Shown here piece after piece: positions 11,357 through 25,400 of a stretch of 64,000 nucleotides of DNA. The translations under genes were made by a program, and so were the position numbers. The DNA comes from Paraphysomonas bandaiensis. Taxonomy: Eukaryota; Protista; Chrysophyceae. Numbering within the stretch: position 1 is the first letter of the stretch; every line of letters begins with the position of its first letter. The notes beneath the pieces are model-generated. The model ran no database searches. It was not told where the DNA came from and saw only the letters and a list, made by a program, of their open reading frames with translations. Where the stretch lies: assembly GCA_965644295.1 (NCBI GenBank), contig CBFFRP010000423.1, positions 62,001 through 126,000 on the forward strand, in the 5' to 3' direction.

Positions 11357-12664
11357 ATGCAAATTGCATTGAATGTATCAAATGAAATGTTACATGAGGC
11401 ATTTATATGCCTTGGTACATTATTATACGGTATATCTATAGTCCTTGCAAAGGAGGCAATGGATATAGGAGTCGGACCCTATACATTCAATGCATTGCAA
11501 CATATCGTTGGTACAGTTATGTTACTTATATTTCGCCCCAGACTAAAGAAAGTAACGGGCGGTAATGCAGTTATAAACCAATGCCCACCGTCTAAGTTCA
11601 TTACTTATTTAAAGACTTTACCGTTCATAGGAAGTACATCTGAACATTTTGAACTTGTCGTTCTTGGGATGTGTTGTGCCCTTCCCACGTTCTTTGCCTC
11701 GACGATGAATCAGATAGGTCTTGTTACTGTTGAAGCAGGAAAAAGCGCTTTCTTAACTAGCTTATATGTGGTGATAACTCCAATGATGCAATATTTCTTG
11801 AGGGGTTCTGAGGCAGGGTTGACTACGTACACTTGGTATTCTGCTGGTATTAGTCTTCTGGGATCATTTTTTCTATCGAAATGTTTTGTTGAAAGTATCA
11901 CATTGGGTGAGTTGACCACACTTCTTGGGGCAGTTCTCTTTGCAATCGAAATAAATATGATGGATCATAGCGTAGAACGCGTGAATTGTATTGACTTGAC
12001 CTGCATGCAGATGTTCACATCGATGACTTGTTGTATCATCACAGCGCTTGTAATGGAGCCCGAAGTTATGTGGTCTCTATTGTCATCGTCAGAGGCTGGA
12101 CTAACTTATTGGGGTTGGACTCTAGTAATAACAGGTGGTGCTATTGAAGCTATAGCGTTTCAATTTCACATGGTGGGCCAGATAGTAACTCCGAGCTCTC
12201 GGGCAGCGTTGCTGATGGGTCTGGAGTCAGTCGTGACTGTTGTTGTGGCGTTTATGTTTCTTAATGAAGTATTATCGTATATGGAGCTATTTGGTTGTGC
12301 CCTCATTCTAGCATCAACAATGGTGGTTTCTACATGTGAGGAGGAGATTACTGAAGGCATGCCAATTTCTTCGTCGGTTGTCGCCTCTGGAGGTCTCATG
12401 AAGAGCTCATCTATACTTGCTAGCACTATTCGAAGCACAGTTCGACGCCAGAAATCATCTCATATTGACTATATCGAGGTGGGGACGTCAGATAGTGAAG
12501 ATGATATGTTAATTGCCAAAATAACGCCTAATAGTTTTACCTCATCCGTTTGGAATGTAATCAGAGTGGCTGTCGCTCGATTGGCTTTCGAGAAGCAGAC
12601 GATTACTCCTGATATATGCTCGTCATCATCTCCTACCATTTCTTCTAAAGATAAGAAACAATGA
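11357..12664 (+). CDS. EamA/DMT-family drug-metabolite transporter
   Basis: Single-exon ORF with about 10 TM segments and EamA motifs (GLVTVEAGKSAFLTSLYVVITP; SSRAALLMGLESV..FLNE), plus a hydrophilic C-terminal tail. First true ATG at 11357. Confidence 0.85.
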   Translation: MQIALNVSNEMLHEAFICLGTLLYGISIVLAKEAMDIGVGPYTFNALQHIVGTVMLLIFRPRLKKVTGGNAVINQCPPSKFITYLKTLPFIGSTSEHFELVVLGMCCALPTFFASTMNQIGLVTVEAGKSAFLTSLYVVITPMMQYFLRGSEAGLTTYTWYSAGISLLGSFFLSKCFVESITLGELTTLLGAVLFAIEINMMDHSVERVNCIDLTCMQMFTSMTCCIITALVMEPEVMWSLLSSSEAGLTYWGWTLVITGGAIEAIAFQFHMVGQIVTPSSRAALLMGLESVVTVVVAFMFLNEVLSYMELFGCALILASTMVVSTCEEEITEGMPISSSVVASGGLMKSSSILASTIRSTVRRQKSSHIDYIEVGTSDSEDDMLIAKITPNSFTSSVWNVIRVAVARLAFEKQTITPDICSSSSPTISSKDKKQ

Positions 12665-13977
12665 CAGCATATATTGAATGATATGACCGGTTTTCCTTGT
12701 AGATATTTGTGTTTGTAATGCAATCACATTTCTGGGCAATTGTAATTGTGCCTGTACTTGTAATGATACCTACATGTATAAATTTCTTTTGTTACCTTTG
12801 TTGTTATAAGAATAAGTAATGGAGGAACACAACATATATATTCTCGTAATCCTTTTACACATAGTTTAATAGATTGCGACGTTGATAGTGTTACTACGTT
12901 CGTGTCGGACCATAGTGTTACTGAATAGTTGACAAAGAGATGTGTATTAGGGATCGACAGAGAAAAAATGCTACACCCCTGCAAATAAATCTTTGGATTA
13001 CTTAACTTACAGTCTTACAAGTACTTTTTGCTCTTACCGACTCCAAGTCGTATAGAAACACTTCATAAAGGAAACACTCTATTCTCTATCACATTGTAAT
13101 ATACACTATACTATAATCATGTTAAACTTAATATAATATTCATAAATACGGCTGTCAAGCAATTCACTATCAAAGTGGAGAGAATGGGCTTCAGAAGCAG
13201 TGACACTCAAAATATATAAAGCTCAGTCTTTATAGTTAAGTATTTTGGGCTCTCAGGCCATCACAACAGGTGTTAAAAGTGCTAAACATTCATAACATAT
13301 AAGCTCATGGGTATATGTTGCTAATCTAGAGATCAAGTTTCTTGAGGTTCTTTTGGTAAGCATTTTACGTGACTATTGACATATAAAAACAAATATACAG
13401 AAGTCTAACATGCATAGTATTACATGAGATTATATGAACTATTGATAAGAATGAGAAGTTCTTTGTTTTCTTACTTAGTTTATTATGATACTGTTGAACT
13501 AGTTGTGTATGTAGTGTTTGATTAGTTTAAATTGATTTATATGTTAATAGAACTCATGTATGAATATATGAACCACACTGTATGGGGACATACAGCACTA
13601 TGGTCTCTAGTGATAGATAACTATATCCATATGCTGCTTTACTGTTTATGGATATATTTGTATCCACAGTTGGATTCATAATCCTGAAGCTCCCACACCA
13701 CATCCATGTACTGGTGTATAGCTTTTGCTGCATTTCCATGTTTTCTCAAATTCAGGTCCATAAAAGATGAATTTTATGTATGAAAATTGAATATTCTGAT
13801 AGAAAATCTGGCTATTACAGTTATTATACTATATAACAGTATAAAAAATATATGCATAATGCATGCTTTCTTGTACTGGTGTGTGGTGTATATACTAATA
13901 GCAAGTGGTGTACAGATAGCACAGTATACATACAACATACAGTGTATTCCTCTTGTCCATCTATATACACATATATA

Positions 13978-14124
13978 CGTATCGGGGTCCTTTGTATATT
14001 TTTGTTCAAAGATGCCTCTAATACTGAGGCAACAATTATGTGTATTACAGCCGTAGTTGTATTGCATCTATATAGAGTATATTTGCTTCAATTTTTTCCC
14101 GAAATATGATGCAGACTGCCGATA
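13978..14124 (-). mobile_element. ~150-bp MITE-like repeat, copy 2
   Basis: Reverse-complement of copy 1; ends TATCGGGGTC / GACTGCCGATA form imperfect TIRs; flanked by TA runs. Confidence 0.7.
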
Positions 14125-14254
14125 TATATACGAGAGTATCACTCTTATCATAATGACAGCCTCACATATGCCTTAATATCATCAATATATCACTATAATG
14201 CACCATCTCTTCACTCATAACATTCTTTCAAACCATTCTATTCATTAAATCAAT

Positions 14255-17200
14255 ATGAAATATCAATTTATCTTCTTATTTCTTATAATATATGCATTAT
14301 ATTCATGTCATGGATTTACTGCATGTCAACCAGCAGTTGAACGTCGTGCATATGTTACAATCATTACTGATCATAAAGAATCATTATTAAAAGTTCGTGT
14401 ATTAAGAAAATCTATAAGAAGATCAGGTTCACTTGCAGATTTAGTGGCTATTATACCTGAAAGGATATTAACGCCTGAGTTAAACACTGTATTAACACAA
14501 GATGGATTTAAAGTACACGCTGTTAAGAATACGTATTTAAAAAATATTGATGATGATAAATTACGTGAAGTACTTCCATTATGGGCATTTGATCTGGTTA
14601 TGTATGATCGTGTTGTATATTTGGATCCCTATTCTCTCATGATTCAGAATATGGATTCAATATTTAGTTGCTCAGGATATTGTGCTTCGATGTATTCCAA
14701 AGGAGGGCCTGTGGTATTGCAACCATTGAAAGACACTCATGCGTATCTCCTGCAGTTGCTTGCACTAGGAAAGACGGATATACTATTGGAGCTACAGTGG
14801 TTCTTTAATCTAGCATCTTGTCCTCAATTCACGGAACTCAATCACGAGAATCCGGGAACACTCTGCGAGGCTGGGGACTTTCGATCTTCCTCGTTGTCTA
14901 CGTGTCACAGGTTGCCACTAAGTATGGGTGTACCTTCTAGCTATTTTGCTTCCTCTGCCCTGATTAGGGAGCTAGTCTGCACGAATTGTGGGTTTGATAA
15001 GCCGCGCTTAATAGTATACCCTGAGCAAAACCCTTGGGAGGCATTTCTTCTAACTGACAAGGCGATCCAATGGAGGTGGTATAGCATACGAAGCTCACTT
15101 CCCGTTGAAGTAGAAGATGTTATGTCTGCGTGTTGGATTTTTGCTGTCGGTTTGGTTATGGTTGTCTTGGTTCTGTGGAGCCACCGACGGGCATACCTCT
15201 CCGCTGCAGCTGCATCAGACACAGTGTTGAGTATAGCTGACATTGTCTCCACTGCCGCTGATGACTCTGTACCGTCACTCTCAGGTTTAACCCTTGGTCC
15301 AAAACCACCTTCGTTAACACTTTTATTCCAAACCATTCTTATCCTTGGAGTTGTGTCAGGATGGTATCATTCGTCCCAGATGATGGGTCGTTATGTTTTG
15401 TCATTCATGTGGGAGCCATCTACTTCTCTGGCAGTGTGCTCTATGTGGTTGATTCTCTCACTCTTAATTGGATTGCAGATTGTGGATTACATATTTTTAC
15501 ACGTCAAATACAGGTCTAGAGTTATCATTTACGAAGGGCTTGCCCATCTATTAGGTCTGTGGCTGCTGCGGTCTTCAGGGTGGGTGATCGATCACCATGT
15601 TTTGCCTATTTGGTTGGTGTTATTAGGCTTACATTTGTGCTGGGTTTATAATTCACGATTTGGTTCTATGCGGGAGAAGTGGTTTCTTGGGCCACAGGTG
15701 GCATCGTCAATGGGCACGCCAGCGTTCCCAGTGCCTCAGGTTTGCGCACCATTAGTTCGCAAAGAGGACATTTCCCTTCTCCTATCCGTATCCCTTGGTT
15801 ACTACATATCTCTAAGTATTCTGTGTTTTTTAAACCTGTCCGAGTCTCTCCGCAGTGTCGTTATTCGTTGTATTACGATCAGTCATGCAACCGCCGTTGT
15901 TGTACTCTTCATGTTTATAGTGTACGGTCATGGAAAGGTCGTGTCTGAATCTGCGAGAAGATCAAAAGTACTGATGTTCCTTTCGAGTACAAGAAAATTT
16001 TGTGCTAGCATCGGTCGATCTATATGCAATAAGCTGAACGACTGCTATCCGGTAGCTTCTCTGTGTCTACGAATCGTGTTGCACCCAATATCGATAGTGT
16101 TAGTCTTCGTACTCATCGCCGCATGTACAGTGTCCTATATCTTGTTTTTTTCTCACTCTCCCACCTTACCCACTACGAGACCTTTTTTCTGTCTGAAGCA
16201 GCATAGCATGTACTTAAGTCCTGCTGGTGGGATATCTACCATGTGTGGTGCTGCTGAAGCAATGGTAATAGAAGACACCGGCTTGTGGTCAGAAACCTTT
16301 TCGCAGTATTACGTCTGCCTTGAGTCAACGTCCTTTAAAGGGGCGCTGAAGGGGCATAAAACACCTGACATGAATATCGCGCCATTCCTTACTGGAGATT
16401 TCATGGATACGGCGTTCTCTTCCTCGAATAGCCTCGAGCCTGTAAAGTCTCCTAAAAATAGTCGTCGGCAGAAAATGAGAAACAAGTACTCGCGTTCGGA
16501 GAAATATGTGACGCTTCGACGGGGTACAGCCGCCACGTGCTCTGTTGATAGTCAGTTCGTGTTCATTACAATGCAACCCAACCAGCTAGAATCCAATAAG
16601 GGGTATTGTTTATACAACCCTCGACATGGGAAATTTTTAAGTTCCAAGAATGAGCCAGAAGTGACATGTGGAAAGACTGAGATGTGGCATGTAATTCCTA
16701 CTCATTCCGTCACGTACTCCTGGAAGATTTTATCCAATATAGCTGCTCCGTTGAGGTATAGGTTTGCCTATTTGCACCCCGTCTTCGCTATAGGTTTAGT
16801 TGTGGTGCTCTTTTTGACACTGAAGCAGGTATGTTTCCATGATTGCAGTTTTACATGGGTTGTAATATATCTCATCGTTTCAGATACGCATGAATTACAA
16901 CTTGAGAGCGGCGCTGACCATGGTGGCGTCCATGAATTCCGTTTACATTATGCATGCGCTATGTGTGTGGTGCTTTTGGGGTGTTAAGAGATACTTCCAT
17001 ACACGAAATTTGATATCTACCGCTGTATACCATCTTCAGGATAAAACCGGCATTCCATCAGGTCCCCAATTCTTACGCCTTATCACTCCCAACCCTGAGC
17101 AGTGTGCCGAAACCACATGGCTAGCTTCCCTTGTGTGTTACACTCTCTGTAGTTTCGCCATGGTAGTGTTTGTCTACAGTGGGTCCTTCGACTATCGGTC

Positions 17201-18032
17201 TCTAAGTGAGGCTCGACGGAAGAAGTATGTGGATGTCTCGGTCTGTGTAGACTCCTCTCCTAAGCCGAGTGCATTGGAGTGTAAGCACTCCGGGCGGTCT
17301 ACAGTGCGCGGCATTCGCAGACCGATCAGTGTCTCAGATCTCCGCTCAGCGGAGGGACGGACAGGAAGCCCTAAACATCAGTCTAATCTCTCTCAGCGAC
17401 AAGGCAGTTTGTCGAATATTACCGATATATTGGCATCCCTAGATGGAAGTCACTCTGGAAGTGATACAAACGCATTAGATACGACAGATACGACTTCACT
17501 TCTTGCTCTTGATCACGACAGTACCCACGATCTGCATGATGATTTTGAGATATATGACGACAGTTTCATTGGTGAATATTCTATCATGTCACGGCTGGTT
17601 GCTTATGTAGTATCAACGATTGCGCTGGATGCACTAATGAGCCTCTTGCTCCCAATTCAAAATCTAGGCGATGTATCGAAGTCTTCGTGTTTATTCTTTG
17701 AGATGAGGTTTGCATTGATGGGATATTCAGATGAGTACGTGGATACAGTTTGTCTAATGGCCAACGTATTAGGTCATGCGTCTTTTCGGTATGCAACAAC
17801 GTCATTAGTGTGGCTAATAGGTGTTGCAATTGCAATTGCGACGTATGTGCTGATTTGGCTAACAACGGAGTGCTCGTACTCAATGTTTGCCATTAAAGTT
17901 GTGATTACTCTTGTGTCATGGAAATATATAGCGCCAAAGCTGGCACCATATTTTGAAAATATTATATACTCGACTCCATCGAGTAGTAGATACTCACAGT
18001 TGGAATTGTCGCCGTTGGATATTAGTGATTAG
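14255..18032 (+). CDS. Large membrane protein (about 1240 aa): signal peptide + GT8/IPUT1-like glycosyltransferase-fold domain + many TMs (exons 14255-16828, 16884-18032)
   Basis: AYVTII..LLKVRVLRKSIRRSGS..YDRVVYLDPYSL..IFSCSGYCA resembles the plant IPUT1/PGSIP6 GT8 N-terminus. A 55-nt phase-0 GT-AG intron joins the two ORFs in frame. Confidence 0.75.
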
Positions 18033-18923
18033 ATGATAGGTAAACGGATAGAAAATTAGTGACTTTTGTGGTGGCTGTGAATGTAGTCGAATAGTAATAA
18101 ACATTTATATTCAAAATGCTGCAACGTAACCAGTGTTGGCAAAGTTTTAACTTCACGAGTGATCACTGCAGTAGTAAATTCCTAACTCAGTACTGATTTC
18201 TGATTATTAAAATGTATACTAATTTCGGTATATCGAAGTGCTATAATTTATAATTCTAACAGTGTTTAACACATTGAATGCCTCCAATATATTTCAGCTT
18301 TTCGTATGGCAACTGAGTTTGCTAATGATTACAAAGCTTTTACCACAATCTGTACTACAACAGCGAATCGCTATAGACATAAGCTTTAAATATTTATTAA
18401 GAAGTATAGTATCATTAAGCGGTTACCTCTTTCATTGCTTTATCAAACCACCACATTCAACATAGTATATTTACCCTACATTTGCAACACAAGTTAGTAG
18501 TTGTGAATGTCTTAATACTAGCTACGAGCCAGGACTAGTATAACATTAGTGCTTAACTCTGATATCCTACTATTTAACGCTACGAACGCTACTTGTGTGT
18601 CACCGCAAGCACCAAGTTACAACCACTTCTGCTCTATCACTCAAAGCAAATGCAATGAGCAACCAGAGTGTTGATATGCCTGACATCGGCTAACTCTAGA
18701 GCTAAGTAGATGTGTATTGAAACAGGACAAGTCTATGCATGTTTTCTTATGATTATACTCTTGCGGCTGTTGTGATAATATATGCTGGTGACTGTTATCT
18801 GTACTATACGCTACTGGCCACAGGGTGTATATATAAGAGAAGAGTCATGGAAGTAACCACAGAGACTAGACACATGCTGTATATCCAAATACATAAGATA
18901 CGTACATAGCTCCCTGTATATGC

Positions 18924-19263
18924 ATGTATGTATGTATGTATGTATGTATGTATGTATGTATGTATGTATGTATGTATGTATGTATGTATGTATGTATGTA
19001 TGTATGTATGTATGTATGTATGTATGTATGTATGTATGTATGTATGTATGTATGTATGTATGTATGTATGTATGTATGTATGTATGTATGTATCTTTATA
19101 CAGTGGTATGTATGTATGTATGTATGTATGTATGTATGTATGTATGTATGTATGTATGTATGTATGTATGTATGTATGTATGTATGTATGTATGTATGTA
19201 TGTATGTATGTATGTATGTATGTATGTATCTTTATACAGTGGTATGTATGTATGTGTATGTAT
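18924..19263. repeat. (TATG)n microsatellite with two identical CTTTATACAGTG interruptions
   Basis: Read directly; interruptions near 19094 and 19230 indicate a block duplication. Confidence 0.97.
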
Positions 19264-19591
19264 CGTCACTCCGACCTCTCATCCTCTTTAGCCCTTCTAT
19301 TACCATTCTCACGATACCTAAATAACGGGGTTAAAGGGTACACACCACACACACTCTCTAATCTACAGCAGTATATGTATGTATATGTATGTATATCTCT
19401 CTATCTATACATCAGACAGTCTCTATATATGGATATACACACTCCTTACAAGTTGAGTCTAAGAATTCTTATAATCCTTCCAAACACTTTTATGTGACGT
19501 CATCTATATGAAATACCAGCATTAAGTTACGCGTATGTTACATATATATATACATATATATATACATAGATATATATATACATATATACGA

Positions 19592-20600
19592 ATGGATGGC
19601 ACGATTAATCAGGAGGCACATGATTATGAAGAGTCATCTAGAGATATTCAATGGGATACCTCACAAGAGAATTCAATGCATGTATCCTGGATGAGTAGAG
19701 ATCCTCTGCCATCTACTGGATGGCATATGGATTCAACAGAACATAATACACAGTTGCATCCTTCTCATAGTGCTCAGATAGATACACTACCACCTGTATT
19801 TTGCATTGATTCATTTGGGTGTATTAATCATGGTATGTGTATACCTTACTGTCTGTACTGCAACTGATTTTGTTTTAGATGGAATGGAAGAATCAAACCA
19901 ACTTCTGTGTGTTCGACCCATGATATTATTTCCCAGTGGTAAGATTGTGCTTGTCCCTGTAGATAAAAAAGCAAACGACGCTCTCTTGAGGGTAATTGAA
20001 GAGTGGAAATTGTCAAGTCCGTTGTCTACACATAAGGTGTTATGGCTTAGTATTTACCCAATGGATCCAACAAACTTTCGTTCATCGGTGATGCAGAGCT
20101 TCAGTGGCTCCAATATGGCTCCAATCATGCCTACCCCTTTAGCATCAGTCCGTCTTCCTCCAAAGCTAACGGCACCCAAATATATATCTCAATCCTCATC
20201 ATCTACCTCTTTTCGAGTGCAGGTTAATTCAGGGAATAAGTTAGAGAAGAATAAGAAATTCAGTCGGAATGTAGGTACTATTGAAGATGCTTTGTGGCTG
20301 TGTGAGTATGCGATAATCATGAGTGGCAATATAACTTCGCTACAAACCCTGGTTCCTAGAGGAAATTATGAATGTTTTTTGCAACGGGGGATGGTTTCTT
20401 CGCAGACAGATTTTTTCAAGAAACTGAAACATAACATTTTAGTTTTCAAGCAGCGTGGTATCGTGAAACAGCAGGAGTATGACCAAGTAATTGAATTTTT
20501 TGAAAGGCCAATCCATTCAGGGTTGGATACGGATAATGAACATTTATTCGTTGGTAAGAGAACTTACTGTGCGGGAATGGAGAACACAGGAAACATTTGA
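19592..20600 (+). CDS. Hypothetical protein (exon 1 from 19592, intron about 19833-19878, exon 2 to about 20600; 3' end uncertain)
   Basis: Two ORFs joined by a GTATGT...TTTTAG intron; no recognisable domain. Confidence 0.55.
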
Positions 20601-22401
20601 CTCGTAAAAATACTCATGCTCCCATTACAAGCAACATTGATTCTTAGGATAAAACTACAACTGGAATTATGGCAGTGGCTATTATATGTTCATCGTGAAT
20701 GTTCACTTTGCAGCTAACAACTACCATTCGCAATACTGTGTGCATTGCATTGGTACTACCGATGTTTTATTATTACCAGCATTGTGTTTTTGTTATTTGT
20801 GTGAGTCAATCAGTCGTATATATATTATGATTTGTTATGGTTTTTTCATTACTATAATGCACTATTAGTATCCGTATCAAAGAACAGTGCCGTAACGCAA
20901 GTAGTTTTATTGCAGAGTGTCCAGTTTTAATTTATATACACTAATTCGTATCTTATTATTATAATAGTAGGATCTATCTACGTATTGTTACATACCGTAG
21001 TGCTATTTGTTCCTCACGATACAGCGTCTGATAAAATTGGTCAAAGAACAGTGAAATGGACAAAAATCTGAGGATTTCTGAGAGATGTTAAATTGATGTC
21101 AAGCAAGAATATAGTGTATTATCATTGTCGTCATTAAGAAAAGCTCATTAATTTTGCTGGTTGTATCGTGCTATATTCGGTACCACAAGTAGCAGTGTAT
21201 CTAAAATTAATTAAAATTGAGGCAGCCTGCTATTAGTAATTGGAATATTTTTAAAACCATCAAAATCAGTGCTTATATATATTATATATATCTGGTTGTT
21301 ATGCTATTCATTTCAAATGGGTATTCAACCCTGCTGGTGGATTAAGTTGATTGACTTGTGCCATCAGTTATTATCTAAAAATTGCTAGCAATCTCCGCAG
21401 GAAATATATCTTATGCGCAGTTTTATCTTCGTAACAAGACACCAGGTATGGTTCCACATATATATGCAATGATTAACTGCTATTATTTGCTTCTATAAAT
21501 GTGTTGGTCCTGACTCTAATTCTAAGTGGAATGGAGCATGATGACAACTACGGAACGACTTGAAATTATTTCAATGCGTGTCAATATAAATACATATGGA
21601 AGGCCGACATCAACTCGATCTCTCTCGATTACCTAGTGATGCATCGACATATCTGGGAATAATGCATCTATTATTCGTAACTCTGCCTTTGAAATGGCAG
21701 CCCTGAAGATGCAAAATGAAGTTACAATATATTAGCTCATTGAGGAAGAAGATGACTTGACAGTGAGGGTCTAGTTCGACATGTTAACTCATCGGAGCGT
21801 ATGATTGATGATAACAGGCGCGGAAACGAGAACACCTTAACAAGCTAACTCGACACCGCGGCAGCATGAAGCACAAGGTCGGAAGATAATTCAGTTTGCC
21901 TCCACGGCATTTAGAGCTACTTACTATCTGGAATGAAATGATTGTGATCAAGCTGTGTTGGTAGATAATTTATAGCCATACACGTAGGCAGTTTGGTGTC
22001 AAATAATAGCATAATAGAAAATATTTGCAATTATAATTGACTATAACCTGCGCCAATTAATTGACAATTAATTGCTATTCAGCCTAGACAAGAAGTACAA
22101 TATAATAGATCTAAAACATTGCAAGTTTAACTGCTCATAAGAGTAAAAATAGAACTAAGAAATAGAGTTTTCAAATATAGCTTCATAATATTTACACAGA
22201 TAATGCGGATGGACTCAGCACAAGAATTAGGGCTGACTCGAGAAAATGTATATACATATTGTACACACTATCTACTCGTAGCACTGTACAAAGGTAAGTA
22301 GCTATAGCTGTAGTTTCTCTTATGATCATAGCTTCTATTCCCGACAGAAGTTTCTCGTCTCACTTTTCTCTTTCTACTTACCGAGCACCAATATAACTTT
22401 A

Positions 22402-25400
22402 TTACAGTGTTGGCCAGGGAAGCGCTGCGTACCGTACGGCGTACTGAGACGGATGTGCCCCCATGTTTTGGAGGAATTGGACAACCTCTGTGTGACCATT
22501 GAGGAGCGCGGCATCAGCTGCTGTTGACGACGCATATACTCCCAAGGAGGAAAGAAATTGAACAACCTCGAGGTGGCCATTCTCAGCAGCAACATCGACG
22601 GCTTGGGTAGAGGCACTATAAGCGCCCTTACTCTTATCCATTAACCACTTGAGAGTCACTATATTTCCAGTCATTGCCGCATGATCACATGCATCTGGGT
22701 GAATAGGTATATTGCATTCCAAATGCAACCACTCAAGTAAGGCGATAGGACCAGCTATTGCCGCATTCAATGCCGCTGCAGGGGTCGGCTGAACCCCTGC
22801 TGTATGACATAGCCATTTGGCAACACCCAACTGTCCACCACCGCATGCAGCCTCAATAGCTGACGCATTGAATAGCTCCCGTACATAGTAGTTGCTCGAA
22901 TCATCATCAGTTGGTTTGGCAGACTGTCCAGTTGAACATGTCTTGGAATGTGTCTGAACAACTTCCCAGAGCCACTTTAAGACATCCTCATACCCTACTC
23001 GGGCTGCTGCTTGAACAGCTGTTGAAGAACAGCGCCCCAGCATGTTTTCATACATCCACGGCAATACTGTCAGCCGATGAGGTGTGACCACTACAGTGTC
23101 CATCGTGCAGTCGATAGCACGTCTCCAAACATTGGGCGACCATTTACGATACGGTTCATTTCGAATTTCACCTTGAATATGGCCCATCACATCCAGCGCC
23201 CTGAATACAATTGTCAAGCATCTGGAATTCCAAAATGCAAGGTATTAACAACTATAGCATATAATACATACCCGTAAGGCATGACGTATTTCTCATTATA
23301 AACAGTGGAGCCCATATCAGAGTAATCCAGATCTCCATCGGCAGGAGCAGATCTATCATTGGCTCCCGGTGCATTCACCATTGGCATATTATCTGCTTCC
23401 CGAAGGTTGGAAGTCGTGTCATCCAATTTTCGTTTCGACATAGTTATCATTTCATTGCACTCCCGCTGCTGATAATTCGCTGAGGGCATATCAAGGCTAA
23501 CATCATCATCTTCCAATGACTCATAATCATTTGAAGAGTACTCGAAATCTCCTCCATCGTCGCCATCACTTAGTATTGAATTGCCATCATCAAACTTTAT
23601 ACCACCACAATCCTCGTCCATTTCATCCACACTACCGGTCTCAGCATCAGACAAATCACTCGCAAGCATAATGTACTTGGCCTCAGGTATAATTCGTTTA
23701 GACAAAAGGTAGTTCATTATTTCTATGTCCCCTCTCAACGCAAGCCGATTCAGTCCTTCGGGACTGCAGCCGACCTAAGGGACAGCACTAATTAAAAGCA
23801 CTCAGTTAATAAACAAGCATCTACGTGGTGTAAGATGACAAAAGATTCCCACCTCTAGAACTTCAACAGCATACTGAATAACACTCCAGTGTCCTCCCCC
23901 GCAAGCAGCATCAAACGCCACTTCCATGTACTGGCCTAATTCACCGCGGTTCGACACAAGAAATTCAACAATCTCTCTATGACCATTTGCAGCAGCACCA
24001 ATCAGAGCTGCAGTGGTACATCCTTCTGGTCGGTTGCGATGCAGCCATTGAACAACAGCTAAATCTCCTTTGATAGCAGCCTCTGGTATAAATGTTATGT
24101 TACGCATATACATCGTTATTACTGAATAATGTATTCTTACCATCCATAACCTGTGAAGTGCAAGTAGCAATAGTGTTCTGCTGTAAGAAATCTAAAACGT
24201 CAAGATGACCTGCCAGTGCAGCACGTTCTAACGCAGAACCAATCTCAATAATTCCCAATGACGTCAAGAATTCAATGACTGGTAAATGACCTTTGGCTGC
24301 AGCAGCTGCATAACCCTTTAGCATATATATTCGAGTTTATATATATACATACACATACATCAAAACACATCTATATCTATAAATAAACATATACACACAT
24401 CTATGTACATATATATACACACAACTATGTACATATATATATTCACACATCTATACATATATCTATACACACATCTATGTACATATATATATATACATCT
24501 ATACATATATATACACATCCTATACACATATCTAAATACACACATCTATGTACATATATATACACATCTCTCTACATATATATATTCACACATCTATACA
24601 TATATCTATACACACATCTATGTACATATATATATATACATCTATACATATATATACAGATCTCTATACATACATATACACACATCTATGTACATATATA
24701 TACACACATCTATGTACATATATATACACACATCTATACATATATATACACATCCTATACACATATCTAAATACACACATCTATGCACATATATATACAC
24801 ACATCTATACATATATATACACACATCTATGCATACATCTATGTACATATATATACACACATCTATACATATATATACACACATCTATACACACATCTAT
24901 ACACACATCTATGTACATATATATACACACATCTATACATATATATACACACATCTATACATATATATACACACATCTATACACATATCTAAATACACAC
25001 ATCTATGTACATATATATACACACATCTATACATATATATACACACATCTATGCATACATCTATGTACATATATATATATACATCTATACATATATATAC
25101 AGATCTCTATACATACATATACACACATCTATGTACATATATATACACACATCTATACATATATATACACACATCTATGCATACATCTATGTACATATAT
25201 ATACACACATCTATACATATATATACACACATCTATACACATCTATACATATATATACACACATCTATACATATATATACACACATCTATACATATATAT
25301 ACACACATCTATGTACATATATATACACACATCTATACATATATATACACACATCTATACACACATCTATGTACATATATATACACACATCTATACATAT

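Noticed and set aside
20650-22350. Possible decayed coding or TE sequence in the long convergent spacer
   Set aside because: No sustained ORF or recognisable motif could be read by eye.
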